A stretch of DNA of 63,889 nucleotides from Octopus bimaculoides (GCF_001194135.2 NC_068981.1:57723240-57787128); one strand, 5' to 3'; positions 25,423-39,215 are shown, counted from the first letter of the stretch. Notes: generated from the letters alone by a model not told the origin. Numbers and translations are program-made.

Positions 25423-25534
25423 CATGTCATAAACATGAGGCAAAAGTTGACCTCCAAAAAAGTCTGTAGCTTCTCGTGGTATTTGAGCTGGCATGTTGCT
25501 AATTGAACAAATCAGAACACCATCACCTGCAAAA
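25423..25534 (-). CDS. AASS: AASS coding exon 8 (FAGDGVLICSISNMPAQIPREATDFFG...YDM)
   Basis: 112 nt, phase 2/0, TGTTAG acceptor, GTTTGT donor. Confidence 0.94.
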
Positions 25535-26985
25535 CTAACATTTGTACAATCTAGAATTATAACTATAGTTTGTTTTTTAAAACATTGAAAATAGAATAAA
25601 TTTATAATGTACCAATACTAATGATTTCCAAGAAGAAACAATATACAAATATTAGCACTGTAACCTTTAAGAATACAACTTAGCAATTAATAGCACCTGA
25701 ACCTCATACACTATAGTTAAAATATTAGTATCATATAAAAAAAATTTAGCAAGCATCATGCAAAGCTTACAATAAAAATCTATATCATATTAGTACACAA
25801 TATACTACACTAGTATCGCAACACTTGGTATTACTGTATATCATTTTAACATCATTCAAACATTTAACAATGGATACATTATAAATATTCAATTATCATT
25901 CAATAACAGTCAATATCACAATAGGTTCACACCCAGCACTCAGTAAAAATAATCCTAACATTACCATATCAATTCACTATAGTTTCTTCATTATAAAAAT
26001 AACTTTTTTATCAGTTTTTTTTTCTGTGGACGGTTTTAGCAGCAACAGTCCTTTTTTGTCATTCAATATCATAATTGTACCTAAATTTTACTTAACTGTA
26101 ACACCTTCAGATAAGCCTGAAATACTAGTATCTCCATGTCTCATAGCAACTGAACTCACTAAACTCTCGTCCTCATCATCATCGTTTAACGTCCGTTTTC
26201 CATGCTGGCATGGGTTGGACGGTTTGATTGAGGGCTGGAGAGCAAGCTGCTGCACCAGGCTCCAATCTGGTCTGGCAATGTTTCTACAGCTGGATGCCCT
26301 TCCTAATGCCAACCGCTCTGAGAGTGTAGTGGATGCCAATTCATAAGTTTGAGCATTTTACCATATGCTTAAATAGCCTTTCTCATTATACCCTTACCAT
26401 TAGTATAATTCTTGTGAGAAGCTTAACTTTCAAAGATCTAATTAACCTTTAGTTGCTTTCATAAAGGAGAATGCAAACTGAATTACATTGGCGTGTATTT
26501 CTTGATTGGAAAGAAGAAAAAAAAAGGGAGTTTTTAATTTCAGAGAATGTGATCTTAAAGTGGTAAGAACATGCATCTATTGATGCAACAGGTTTAAATT
26601 TAACCAACTTTCCAGTCATATTAGAGTGAAATGACAATGCTGAAGACCTGAAAAATCATGTATGGCAAATAACCATCTTACATCAGCATATTTTGATGAT
26701 TCCCTATTTAAATAGGGGCTAGTGGACAGGGTAAAGCCCACATTCTCAAGCCAGTGTTGGGCAATGACCTAGTAATAAGCTCAACACTGAATCAATTTAG
26801 ACATGAGGTGATGTCTCCCAGACCCATAGAAGCTAGTCGAATGAATCCATCAACAAGAGATGTCTAATCTGGGTTCTTATATGTCATTGTGCTCAAATGG
26901 AACTGATATATTTTCCATACAGATTCCCTTGGTAAGGTCAAGTGTTGGTGAAACATTTGAAGAGTCATAAATGTAACCAAATTAC

Positions 26986-27260
26986 CTTTCTGTTTCCATA
27001 TGTTGCTCAGCATCGTAAAGGCAAAATGGATGATCAATTGTGGTACATTCCTTCATGAATTCTATTGAGCCTCCAGGATCGGCAGAGATATCACAGATAG
27101 CAAGCAAACGATGGGGAAGAAGTGGACAGCCTTGCATGGATGATAGCCATGGTGTTGCAGCTGGTTTCAATAAGTTCTTGGCATCGGGGATGGTTATAAG
27201 TCGAGGAGTGTTTACAGACCAGTAGATACCATTTACTATGCAAGAGGCATATGGTGCTAT
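26986..27260 (-). CDS. AASS: AASS coding exon 7 ([14 protein letters not shown]...[10 protein letters not shown] + 2 nt)
   Basis: 275 nt, phase 0/2, TTTCAG acceptor, GTAAT donor. Motifs NGIYW and [17 protein letters not shown]. Confidence 0.97.
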
Positions 27261-28308
27261 CTGAAAGTTTGAAAGATATATAACAATATAATTTACTTGA
27301 TAAAGCAAGGATTGCTTTTCAGTTAGACAATGTAAGAAATATGTTGCTGACCAAAGACTTAGATTACAAAATAAATCAAATAGAAACTACAGCTTCTACT
27401 GCTACTACTATCACCACCTCAACAATTCATATGTGTTGTTCATAACATATGAGGCAAAAAACACTATTGAGCTCAAGTTTCCACAGTATTATCTCCTATG
27501 CAGCTTGATCTTGTGCCAGTCCACAATTGATATCCAGACATTTCAGGTTACTGCTGACATTCTCTATCCAACATTTCTTCAACTGACCTAAGTGATGGAC
27601 AGAAGATGCTGTTGTTCTGTAAGCTGAGCATCTTTTTTTAGCCATTTATTCTTACGCACTACATCATTCTCCATCTGATACCAGTTCAACTTCAAACATA
27701 CTTAAATGATGTCTTGGTTCAGATAAGGAATACTCAAATGATTTTGTAAAGCAGACTGTAATCACACTTGTCATTTCAAGTGAGGTAGTTTAAAATAAAA
27801 ATATTATCTACCTTGTATGCTTGAAAACAGGTTCAGCAGTTTATGAATTAACTAAAATTTTATGTAAAAGATATATAAATAATATTATATGCAAAGTAAA
27901 TGATACATCAATATGTGAAGGTGCACAGCTCAGTGGTGAGAACATTGAGCTCACAATCATGAGGTAGTGAGTTGATTCCCGGGCTGGGCTGTGTGCTGTG
28001 TTCTTGAGCAAAACACTTTATTTCACATTGCTGCAGTTCACTCAACAGTAGAAATGAGTTGCGACATCACTGGTGCCAAGTTATATCAACCTTTGCTTTC
28101 CTATCGTTAGTGAAAACATCCCCAATAATGGGAGAATATTATCTTGTTTGGGAACAAGTGAGAACTGGTGACAAGTAGGGCATCTGGTCATAGAAAATTG
28201 CTTCGACATATTTTGTCTCTCCATGCAAGCATAGAAAAGTGTATGTTGAAATGATGATGGTGACTTTAAAAAGGAATAAAAAAAGATTTTATTTTGATGC
28301 TTACTTAC

Positions 28309-28436
28309 TTTATGACTAAAGACTGAAATATATCTTTCTGGATGAGCTTCAAATTCTTCTGCGTCAAAAGAACCTTCATCTTTTCGGACAAAATGATCTT
28401 CTCGACTGACTACACAAGCATAAAGTTTGTTTGTGA
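28309..28436 (-). CDS. AASS: AASS coding exon 6 (TNKLYACVVSREDH...YISVFSHK)
   Basis: 128 nt, phase 1/0, TTACAG acceptor, GTAAGT donor. Motif EFEAHPERYIS. Confidence 0.95.
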
Positions 28437-28877
28437 CTGTAATAAAAACAATAAAATTACAAATATTTCTCTATATAATTTTATTTCTACGTGAGTGTAT
28501 TATTGAGAGGGAGAGTAAGATAGAAACACACATATACAAACAAATAGATAGATATTAGATATTAACAGAATCAAAATGAGGATGATATCTATTTTAAATA
28601 GTGTTTAATGTGTGAGATCAGAAGAAAATGAATTTTAGGATATATAAATATATTGCAACAGAGGCCAAATCATTTTCCTTCAGTCTGAAATCTTATACTT
28701 CATAGTTTTCATATAGTTCTTTATTTTATAGTTAAGGCCATGCTGGAATATCATCTTCTGTCTAAAGATTTTTACAAAATACATTTCTGCATTCTTTTCA
28801 GATATTAAAAACAAACTAACAAAAAAAACCTCAGATTGTGTACTGCTATAAATAACTGACCAAAAAAACACACTAAC

Positions 28878-28956
28878 CTCCTTGTTGTACAACTTTAGGT
28901 AAGTGTTCTGGTTCAATGTATTCAAATGGAAGTTCTTGGAATACCTCTTGTGCCCC
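28878..28956 (-). CDS. AASS: AASS coding exon 5 (GAQEVFQELP...KVVQQG + 1 nt)
   Basis: 79 nt, phase 0/1, TTGTAG acceptor, GTTAGT donor. Confidence 0.94.
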
Positions 28957-30146
28957 CTACAAAAACAAAACACCAAGCAGAAAATAATTAGTTATTTCTT
29001 TGTACAAAAAATACTCAAGAGTTATAGCAGGATAAGTTGATAGGGTACTTTCTGTGTGATGGGTCATTGACAAATATGTTTAACTTTTAGAGGCCCAATT
29101 CACATAGTCTTAGATTTACATCAAGGGGAGGTACATTTCTCTAGTATGAACCAAAAAATGTATAACTTGAACTCATAAAATTGCATGCAACAAATCCTGC
29201 AATAATTCTGGAGAGGAAACTAGTGACATTCTGCATCATTAAAAATGCAATATAAATAGCTCAAACAGTGGAATATGTTTTAAGCCGAGAGAAACCTAAC
29301 AGAGAGAGGGTAAAAATAAGTTCTTAACATCAGGACACACACAAGTGAAAATTAAAAATATCACGCCAGCATATTCTCCTTTGAATAATAATAAAAGGAC
29401 AGTTTTCAGAAATGTCAAAACAACTCTATGAAATATTGGCAAGTATCTACATCCAATTGGGTTGAAAGCATACCACTAAAGGATTTAGGAGTAGGTGTGG
29501 CTATGTGATTAAGAAGTTTGCTTCTCAACCACATAGTTTTGGATTCAGACACATTGCATGGCACCTTGGCTAAGTGTCTTCTACTACAGGCACAGGTCAA
29601 CCAAAACCTTGTGAGTAGATTTGGAAGACAGAAACTGAAAGAAGCCTGCAGTATTTGTGTTTCCTTGTCTTGATATTGCATGATCATTATAAATGAATAT
29701 GATTCATTTCCAATATTCTACGAAAACATTACTGGCCATGAGGAAATACTACCTTGCTTGGAAGCAGGTAAGAGTTGGCAACAGGAAGGACATCCAGTTG
29801 TAGAAAGTCTGCCTTAATAAACTCCATCTGACTCAAACAAGCATGGAAAAGTGGACATTAAAATGACGATGATGATCATCATCATCATCATCTTGCAGTG
29901 TATGTAGGGAAAGTCACCTTGTAAGAGGAAACTATATCCTTTTTCAAAAGTATATTCAGGACATTAGTGAACCTATCAATTTTACAGAATAGGTTACAGA
30001 AATAGCTAATCATAGCTAGATGAACTGAATCATATCAGAATTAAATGTCTTAGTAAAGGATATCATGCTGAACAAATGGCAAGATACAAACCACCATCAA
30101 GTCAGTTAGTTATCCACTCCCTTACCTACTTTACAAACACTGCCAT

Positions 30147-30410
30147 CCCCATGTGGGCATGTACAGCCACAGCAGATGTTGCACCACCATCAGCAGCTGA
30201 CACAAATTCTCCATGCATAGATCCATGGTCACTCGAGATTGATGGATGCATCATCATCATTTAACGTCAGCATGGACAACAGACGTTAAATGATGAAGAT
30301 GATGATGCATCAATCAGTCTCGAGGGACCATGGATCTGTGCCCGGAGAATTTGTGTCAGCTGCTGATGGTAGTGCAGCATCTGCTGTGGCTGTAGCAGGC
30401 CCACATGGGA
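30147..30410. repeat. Fold-back inverted repeat of the RTE 3' end
   Basis: Arms 30147-30268 and 30282-30410; 13-nt loop; about 90% identity by eye. Confidence 0.9.
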
Positions 30411-32595
30411 GCGGCAGTCAGACATACAGGAACTGCATTTAAAGAAGCTTTCTACCAGCACTACTGGCTTTTCCTTGGTGAACAAGTTCCAGTTTCTCTT
30501 CCCTTCGCAGTATTTGTCTCCAGCATGGGTGATCACTTGAAACCTTCTCCCATCTCAGGACATCCAGATCTATTGCCTTCATATCTCTCTTGCAGATGAG
30601 GTCAACCTCATGTTCTTCTGCTGGTGACCAATTCTCCATACAAGAGGTCTTTCAGGATCCTCCCATCTGGCATGAAATGTGCACATCCAAGCCAGTGCAG
30701 ACAGTGCTGCTGGAGCAGGGTGAATATACTGGATATCTTGGTGTGGTTGAGAACTTTGGTGTTGGTGACTCGGTCAGTCCACCTGATATCCAAGATGCAT
30801 CTCAGATTACAAAGGTGGAAGACATTAAAAAGCTACTTTTGTCTCACTGCCATAAAATAGCGTGCTGAGGATGCATGCCTTGTAGACGGCAACCTTGGTG
30901 TGTGTGGTCAGTTTTCTGTTCTCCCAGATTCTCATTGTGAGCCTTTGTGGCAAATGTGGAGGATGCCTGTCCAATTTGCCTGCTGATCTCACAGTCCAGG
31001 AAGAGATCATCAAGAGCCGAGGTAGGTGAATTCATGGATTACCTCTAGCTTGTGTTGTTGACGGTGGGGTATGCTTGATACCATGGCCCAGTATGTTGGT
31101 CTTCTTCAGACTAATAGTCAGGCTGAATCTCTGACAAGCCTTTGAAAGTTTGTCCACGAAGTACTGCATTTGCTCCTCAGAGTGCACTGTCAATGCTATG
31201 TTATCCATGAACAGTATTTCTCTGATGAGTACCTGACAAACCCTGGATTTTAGCCTCAACAAATTATTTAGTTTACTGTCTGATCTGGTGTGGAGGTAAA
31301 CGCCATCAGTTGATGTTCTAAATGTGTGTTTCAGCATGACTGTAAAGGAGATGCCAAACAGGGTGGAAGCAAGCACACAGCCCTGCTTCATGCCGCTACA
31401 TATGCTGAATGCTTCTGAAGAAGAGCCATTAAACTGAACAACAGCTTTCATATCTGCATGAAACAATTGGACAATCCTGAGGAGTCTTGAAGGACAGCCA
31501 ATCTTGGCAAGGATTTTGAACAGGCCATTTGTACTAACAAAGTTAAAAGCCTTTGTGACGTTGATGAAGGTGATGAAGAGTGGTTGTTTTTGCTCTCAGC
31601 AGCCCTGTAGCTGTTAAAGAGAGCCTTCTGATCTGAAACCACACTGCGATTTTCTGTAGTCTGTTCAGGACCACATGGGCAAAGACTTTCCCAACAGTGC
31701 TTAACAGTGAGACACCTCAGTAGTTATTGCAGTTGCTTCTGTCCCCTTTGTTCTTATGTAGGCTAAGTACTTGTACACCTGATGATCTTGGGTAGGATGT
31801 CATCCAAACCTGGTGCATTTCCAATGGGCAAGCCATCAATGGCCCTGCTCAGTTCTTCAGCAGTTAGCAGTGTGTCCAGCTCCTCCATGACAGGTAGATG
31901 TTCCATGGTGTCTAGTGCACTGTCCAGGATGTTGTTTTCCTTGGCATAGAGTTTGGAATAATGTTCCACCCATCTCTCCAGCTGCTCTCTTTTGCCCTTG
32001 ATGACTTCCTCTGTTTTGGATTTGAGTGGAGCTATCTTGCTCTGCGTTTGGCCAATGGCTTTCTTGATACCCTCATACATTCTGCGAATGTTGCCTGTGT
32101 CAAGCAACAGTTGGATGTATTCATGTAACCAGTAGTCATTTGCACAGTGCGTCACTGTCTTCTGCATGTTATACCCTATGATCTCAATGCTTGCAGCATT
32201 GACCTTGTGGGTTGGTGTTTGTGCTTCAATAGGGCAGCATGCTTCCTCTCTGTGGGCATATTGAGCTCTTTCACACTCACCTCAAACCAGTCTTGTGTCA
32301 TTTTCTGCCGCTTTTTAAAGGCCCTCAGTGCAGTGCTATGGGTAATGTCCCTGAGAGAGTCTCATCTTTGCTGGATATTACCTTGCACTGGGTCTGCAAG
32401 AAGGGCATCTTCCAGTAACTTGAGGAGTGCATCTGTCTCAGCAGGCTGCTGAGTTGCAGTAGCATTGATATGCTGCTTGCCTGGAGGCTTGGCACAGTGC
32501 ATCATTTTTGGTTGGAGTTTGAGATTGCAGCAAACCAGGGAGTGGTCTGTATCACAGGCAGCGCTCTGAAAGGACCGAATCAGGAGTATGAATCT
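30282..32595 (-). mobile_element. RTE-clade (BovB-like) LINE, 5'-truncated and degenerate
   Basis: APE tail (RSFQSAACDTDHSLV), ERWVEHYSKLY, GMKQGCVLASTLF, REILFMDNIAL, TISLKKT, LFYGSET, C-terminal C..C..H motif and (CAT)n tail. Confidence 0.92.
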
Positions 32596-33611
32596 TGTTA
32601 AAAAAAGAACATGCTAGTCTTTTAATACATTGCCTAGACCCCTATATGTCTCTTCTCTCTCACTCTTTCCCCCTCTTTGTATCTCTCCATCTACTGACTG
32701 CTTGTGCCGCCGCCACCATCATCATCATCATCACAGAAAACATTTTTAAGTTAGTCTCAACTACCCATTTGTGGACTTTAAACAGTAAGCCTGCTCTGTT
32801 CCTCTGTTAGATTCAGAAAAATAATGAGGTTCAATAAATTAAATGTGAAAATAAAATAAATAAAATCAATAGTGGTTGAATGTATCAAGAAACATTGATT
32901 TCTGTGAAGAAGGGCTTTCGTCATGTCAGTCTAATCAAAAATGTAAAAAATTGTTAAAGGAAACGAACACAGAAGCTACTAATTTCAATACTTCTCATAA
33001 ATAATTCTTAATTTAAAGGAACTCAGTGACTTCACATATTATAGAATTCCCACAAAACTTTAAAAAAGTATGCCAACATCATGAAATTGTCTAATTGTGT
33101 TTTAGTAAAAAATCTGAACATTTGATCTGATGGTTTAAATTATCATCCATTAAAAAGTATAAACTTGTTATATATAGTAATGGAATCTTTCTTCAATACA
33201 AGACCTATTTTGTAGAGTACTATTTATAGATGAGAGAATCAGTCTCAGTGTATTACAGGTGCAATCTTATTAAATAAAAAAGTAATAATAACAATAATGT
33301 TCAAATTTGAACATTAATCTTCATCATTTAATGTCCACTTTCCATGCTGGCATGGGTTAGACGGTTTGACTGGAACTAGTAAGCCGGAAAGCTGCACCAG
33401 GTTCCAGTCTGATTTGGTATGGTTTCTATGGCTGGATGTCCTTCTTAACACCAACTACTCTGAGACTGTAATGGGTGCTTTTTATGTTCCACTAGCATGG
33501 GTACCATTTACATGACACCAGCATGCTAGACCACTGTTCTTAGTGAGACGAAATGATAAATAAAGTTTATATTTGTCATCTATAATTTATAATGTAATGA
33601 AAGCAACATAC

Positions 33612-33758
33612 CTGAGATACATTTCCAGATCCTGTGAAAATAAAAGTAAGTGGACCAATTGATTTAGGCATTCGACCTAGGGCTATTTCATAACCAGCAT
33701 CTCGAATAGCTTGGAGGGCCATCTGACTGCTCCGGTAATTGTGGCTTGCTCCTATATG
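33612..33758 (-). CDS. AASS: AASS coding exon 4 (HIGASHNY...GSGNVSQ, 49 codons)
   Basis: 147 nt, phase 0/0, TTTTAG acceptor, GTATG donor. Motif [31 protein letters not shown]. Confidence 0.96.
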
Positions 33759-35148
33759 CTAAAATAGAAATCCAGCAAATCACCAGGCATTAATCTCATA
33801 CAAATGAGAAATAAGAAATTTTTATATAAAAGACAAAGATAGAAACAGCAATTATTACCATTATCAATAAAACTACAAGGTGTGTGGGGGTTAATTCTAA
33901 TTACTACAATATGTTGTACCCCTCGACAAGGCATTTAACATTTAGCAACATAAAAAACATTTAATTGTTAAAAGTGGTTCAAAAAATGTATGCAAATGCT
34001 CAACCTTACAGAAGCTCTTCTAGGCATACTATCATTGAAAAACAGAGGTAAATATAGTAATAAATTAGAAAAACTACAAATATCTTAGTTTCCTTCATCT
34101 ACTTTCTTTGACAGTTAGATGCAAAATTAAAAATTCAAAAAAAAAAAATCAATTTAGTAAGACAAACAGCTGTTTGATGAGAATAGCAATAGCAGAATGT
34201 CACAGGTTAGCTGCAATGGAAAGTGGTCAGTAAAAGGACAGACATTTTAGAAGGGGAGTATAATTGATTAACTTGAATAATATGTGATGAAATTTATTCT
34301 AATAACCCTGAAAGACTATAAAGTAATGTTGAATTCCTGCTGTTGTATAGCATTCAACACAGATAATACTAAATACTGTAGGGCTCTTGTACGAAACCAT
34401 TTTTGTCACTCCACTACTTTCAAAAATAGCAGTAATAATAATAATGGTTTCAAATTTTGGCACAGGGCCAGCAATTTTTGAGGGAAGAGGGGAAGATGAC
34501 TACATCCACCCTAGTACTTCACTGGTACTTATTTTATTAACCTCAAAAGGATGAAAGGCAGAGTTAACCTCAGCAGAATGTGAACTCAGAATGTAAAAAC
34601 AGATGAAATGCTGCTAACCATTTTGTGGCATATAAACAGTTCTGCCAGCTTACCACCTCAACAATAACAATTCTTTCTACTATAGATATTTTGTCCATCT
34701 TTACGTTCTGAGTTCAAATTCCATTGAGGTTAATAAATTTTAACAGAATGATGGATAGTAAAGCAGTTGAATTAAATAAGTTGAGTTATAATCAAGCCTT
34801 TGATATGTATGTTTTTGAGACATTATTTATGAGACATTATTAATGATATGGCTTATGTTTAGTTCTGGTCTCAGTAAAAACCATGCCAAATCAGACTGGA
34901 GTCTGGTGCAGCCTTCCAGCGTCCCAGCCCAGTCAAACTGTTCAACCAATGCCGGCATGGACAACGGACATTAAATGATGATGATGATATATATACATAT
35001 GTGTGTGTGTGTGTGTGTGTGTGTGTATGCATACATGTGTGCATGTGTCTATGTATGTATGTGTATATATATGTGTGTCTGTCTGTATGTATGTATATGC
35101 ATGAACATGAAATTACTTGTCTAAGTATTAATCTTTCTTTCTCCTTCT

Positions 35149-35300
35149 ATTGGGTTGGTGCATAATTATTGCAACTTTTTTTTCAACAAATTTTATTCAA
35201 CAAAAACATCTTGAAACGATGGTCTGACCATTTGCCAAGCAAATAGGAAGCGGTAATTGAAGTAGATGGTGAATATGCTCTGGAATAATCATTTAACGAT
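35149..35300 (+). mobile_element. Mariner-like fragment (one TIR plus transposase C-terminal remnant)
   Basis: TATTGGGTTGGTGCATAATTATTGC end followed by a segment encoding EAVIEVDGEYALE*. No second TIR seen. Confidence 0.55.
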
Positions 35301-37479
35301 GTTTTTGTTACATGTTGTTATTGTTTTCATATATATAAAACTTTTCTTGATTTCATTTACTTTTCTCCTCTTCTCTTTCTTTTTCTTCCTCATACGTTTT
35401 TGTATTATTAGCACACAAAAGTTTTCAAAATGTCCAGGGGGAAAAGGTTTTCAGTTTAGTTGTATTTAGCATAATTTCACTTATGATTAGATTTTATTAA
35501 ATTTTCATTAAATAAAAGTAATTTCTGTTTAATAGGTATCACATTAAAAGCTATTAAATTAAAAAGTGTTTGTGTTGTCTTCTATATAAATAAAATCAGT
35601 GGGGTTGCAAAAAAAATTCATAATTTCTCAAATTTTCTTTTTTATAGCATATAAATCCATTTATGGGGGAAAAAATATTGAAAAACACCAATACAAGCGA
35701 TAGTGATAAAGAAACAAGGAGGGTTGTCTTATGATGTACAAGAAACAACAGACAAATTGCCCTTAAATCATTCACTTTTCCCTCTGAAAATATTCAGGTT
35801 TTTTTTTTTTTTTTTAAATACCTAAAATGCTCTTCCCATGGTTTTGAAGTGCAAAAAACAAATTGGCCAAAATAGGACCAGAGTGGGATGATTTGTTCCT
35901 GAAAGTTATGAGGGAAAAAAAAGTCAAATTGTGTGAATTTTCTGAAACTTCTTTCCAGTTCCTCAGAAAAATTCTTTCCCATAAATCCCTATATACTATG
36001 AAGCCACAACATCTAAGTGGTATTTGTAGAAAATTTTAAGAAGTATCCATTTTTCTGGATGTTATGAGGCAATAAAGTCGGGAGCATATTCATCTGTAAT
36101 AATGCCCTTTTATTTATACAATTTTTTCATCTCATGTTTATTTCATTCATTGTTTGCTGTGTTCTCTCTCCTCCTCCTCTCTTTCACACACACACTGCAG
36201 ATGGGCTGCTGAATTGAAATCTCTATGTTGCTTTGAAGGGAAAGTAAAACTTGACGAACTGCTTCTCGCTCTGTTGGATTACCATGATGTTTGTTTAAAC
36301 AACAGAGATTATGACTGATAAAACAACGAAAGCAATATTTACTAAGCAATGAGCACTATTATACACAAATAATTAGATGTAAAATATCATAAAACTTATT
36401 AGAATTGTGTGTGTGTGTGTGTGTGTGTGTGTAAGTCCATATCTTTGTAAATGCATGCCTATCTATCTAGTTATATTCCTACATGCATATTTTTCAGTCA
36501 TTTGTCCTTTTTGTTTTTTACATTTATATGCATTTATTTCTATTTATCTATGAGATTATAATGCCGTGCACCTGTGTGTAGTCATGTGTATATCTTTACT
36601 TATACATGCCTTTGATACACTAACTGTATGGACATATAAGTGACTTTTGTTAGATTTCTTTGTATATATATCTATATATAAAAAAAAAATATGCCAAGAC
36701 ACAACATATCCAAACACCAGTGTCCCAGAATGCCCTGTGTAAATGAGATAAGTGTACTGAACATACTGTTGTGCAAAACAGAAGTTATTTTGCTAAGACA
36801 TACACTACAGCTAGCATATTTTATGACTGAAACTGCCTAAACATGTTAAAAACAACTATGCAAATATTCATTCATATTTCTATGTCAGTGTCAATAGATT
36901 TCTGTGCATATGTCTATATTGATGGGTACATGTATATATGTGTGTGTGTCTTATCATGGCTGCCGAATAATTGTCACATATTATTTCCAGATAAATTCCT
37001 CTATTTACATAATATCGAGGTCTCTTTCTTTCTTTTGCTGTCTTACCTTTTCTATCAATATATNNNNNNNNNNATTACTTGGTACATCAGTTGAATACCA
37101 TATAAATACTGGTACAATGCAATTATAAGGATAAATTAAATAGAGAGAAACTATTGACAATCCAATAATTTATTTATATTACAATATTACATGATATACT
37201 ACGAATATGATATAACATAATATTATATAACATCATCATCATCATCATCGTTTAACGTCCGCTTTCCATGCTAGCAAGGGTTGGACGATTTGACTGAGGA
37301 CTGGTGAAACCGGATAGCAACACCAGGCTCCAATCTAAATTTGGCAGAGTTTCTACAGCTTAAAAAAACCATAAAAGGCTAACAAATTGTTTCGACTTAT
37401 ATATTTTTCTGACATACATACATAATAACAGTTCCCTTATATATAAAGTCACTTCAGGGTCATGGTTTAAATATAGACG

Positions 37480-38522
37480 AAATTTCATGTGAAAGGATGG
37501 CTGGATTGTAAAAATTAATTCAAATGTCTATAAGTATGAGCGTTTACTATTCAATCATACATCAATTACAATTAAAAAACACTTTTGCAGATGAAACAAC
37601 CAAGTAAGTGCAATCCACAACCATCAAAATTCACTTCGTTACATCTCAAACACAGGATGAAAGGATAGCTGGATTGTAAAAATTAATTCAAATATCTATG
37701 TATTATGCAATATTCATTCATATTTCTATTTAAATAAACTTAGGTCTAATGATAATAAATATATGCCATAATAAATGTATCTCAAATACACTCAATGATG
37801 TTAAGTATAAGGAAGATAATTATATTTGGTTTATCATCCCTTAAGCACAACAAATGAAAATGAATCTGGTCAAGCTATTTTACAGATCTATATCTACGCG
37901 CTTTAATAAAGAACATAAATATTATAAAATAATTAATAATAAAAGGATTAGAATAGGTTTTTCAGTATCTAAAAATGTGTTTAGAATTATCTCCTCCTTT
38001 AATAATAAAAGTTTGGACAATTTTTATAATAAAAGGAAAAATAACAATATTACAGATAATGATCTAGCTAGAAACTAAATTTTTTGTAGATATAAGGATA
38101 AATGTTTATTTAATAAGTTTTGTTTACAGAACAATATTGCATATAGATGTAGGGTGGATTCAGAATGAAGAAATTATTTTTACATAGGATCTATGGAAAA
38201 TTTTATTAAAAAACGGATAGCAGACCATGAATACACCTTTAGAAATAGAGATAGGTTTAACAGTACTAGTCTAAGTAAACTAATTTGGGAATTGAAAGAT
38301 AGTAAGAAATCATACAAAATAAATTGGAAAATACTTTGTCATGCAAGATCATATAAAATTAACGATGCTAGATGCAACTTGTGTACAGATGAATTAACAT
38401 ATCAGAAGAAATTGCTTAATGAAAGACATGAAGGTGTTCTATCTTGTACACACTATTCTAAATACATGTTTAGAAAATTTTATGAAGTATGTATATCTGT
38501 ATTCATATGTATCCATTTATAA
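37480..38522 (+). mobile_element. Penelope-like element, 5'-truncated ORF remnant (RT C-terminus, linker, GIY-YIG endonuclease), degenerate
   Basis: Translations YIWFIIP*AQQMKMNLVKLF...IISSFN, CLQNNIAYRC...FYIGSMENFIKKRIADH...STSLSKLIWELK...CNLCTDE...CTHYSKY resemble the Neptune-type PLE endonuclease region. Stops, frameshifts and a 41-bp internal duplication (37490-37530 / 37658-37698). Confidence 0.85.
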
Positions 38523-38710
38523 GTGTACATATACATGTATATATATGAATAACTATATATTTGTGTATATACATGTAAGCGCTTGTATACATGGGCATAT
38601 GTTATTATGTACTTATCTGATGCCATCAATATATCATTATGCACATGTATGTGTTTGAGCTTGTATATATGGATATACATATGGATATATATATATATAT
38701 ACATACACAC

Positions 38711-39215
38711 ACAGGAGCCAATCAGGGGGTACTGGCATCGGTCACAATCGGTTGGTGCCTTTTACGTGCTGCTGGCACAGGAGCCAGTCAGGGGGAACTG
38801 GCCACAGCTACAATATTGGTTTTACTTGACTCAACAGGTCTTCTCAAGCATATCATATCACCCAACGCATCAGGAGTATTCTTAACAGGGATGGACATGT
38901 GTGGCTGTGATCTCATTTTAGTTGCTGGATCTTCTCAATCACAGCATATCTACAAAGGTCCCAGTCTCCTGTCATTGCCTCTGTGAGGCTCAATGTTCCA
39001 AGATCATGTTTCACCACCTCATCCCATGTCTTCGTGGGTCTATCTCTTCCACAGGTTCCTTCTACAGTTAGAGTGGCACTTCCTCACATAGCTGTCTTCA
39101 TTCATACGTAACACATGACCATACCAGTGCAGTCGCCTTTCTTGCACACTACATTTGATGCTTCTTATGCTCAACTTTTCTCTCAGAGCACTTATACTCT
39201 GTCATGTATGCACAC
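38711..39215 (-). mobile_element. LINE ORF2 3' end plus 3'UTR repeat units
   Basis: ORF2-tail sequence similar to 41270-41600 runs into GCACAGGAGCCAGTC-type repeat units. Confidence 0.8.
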
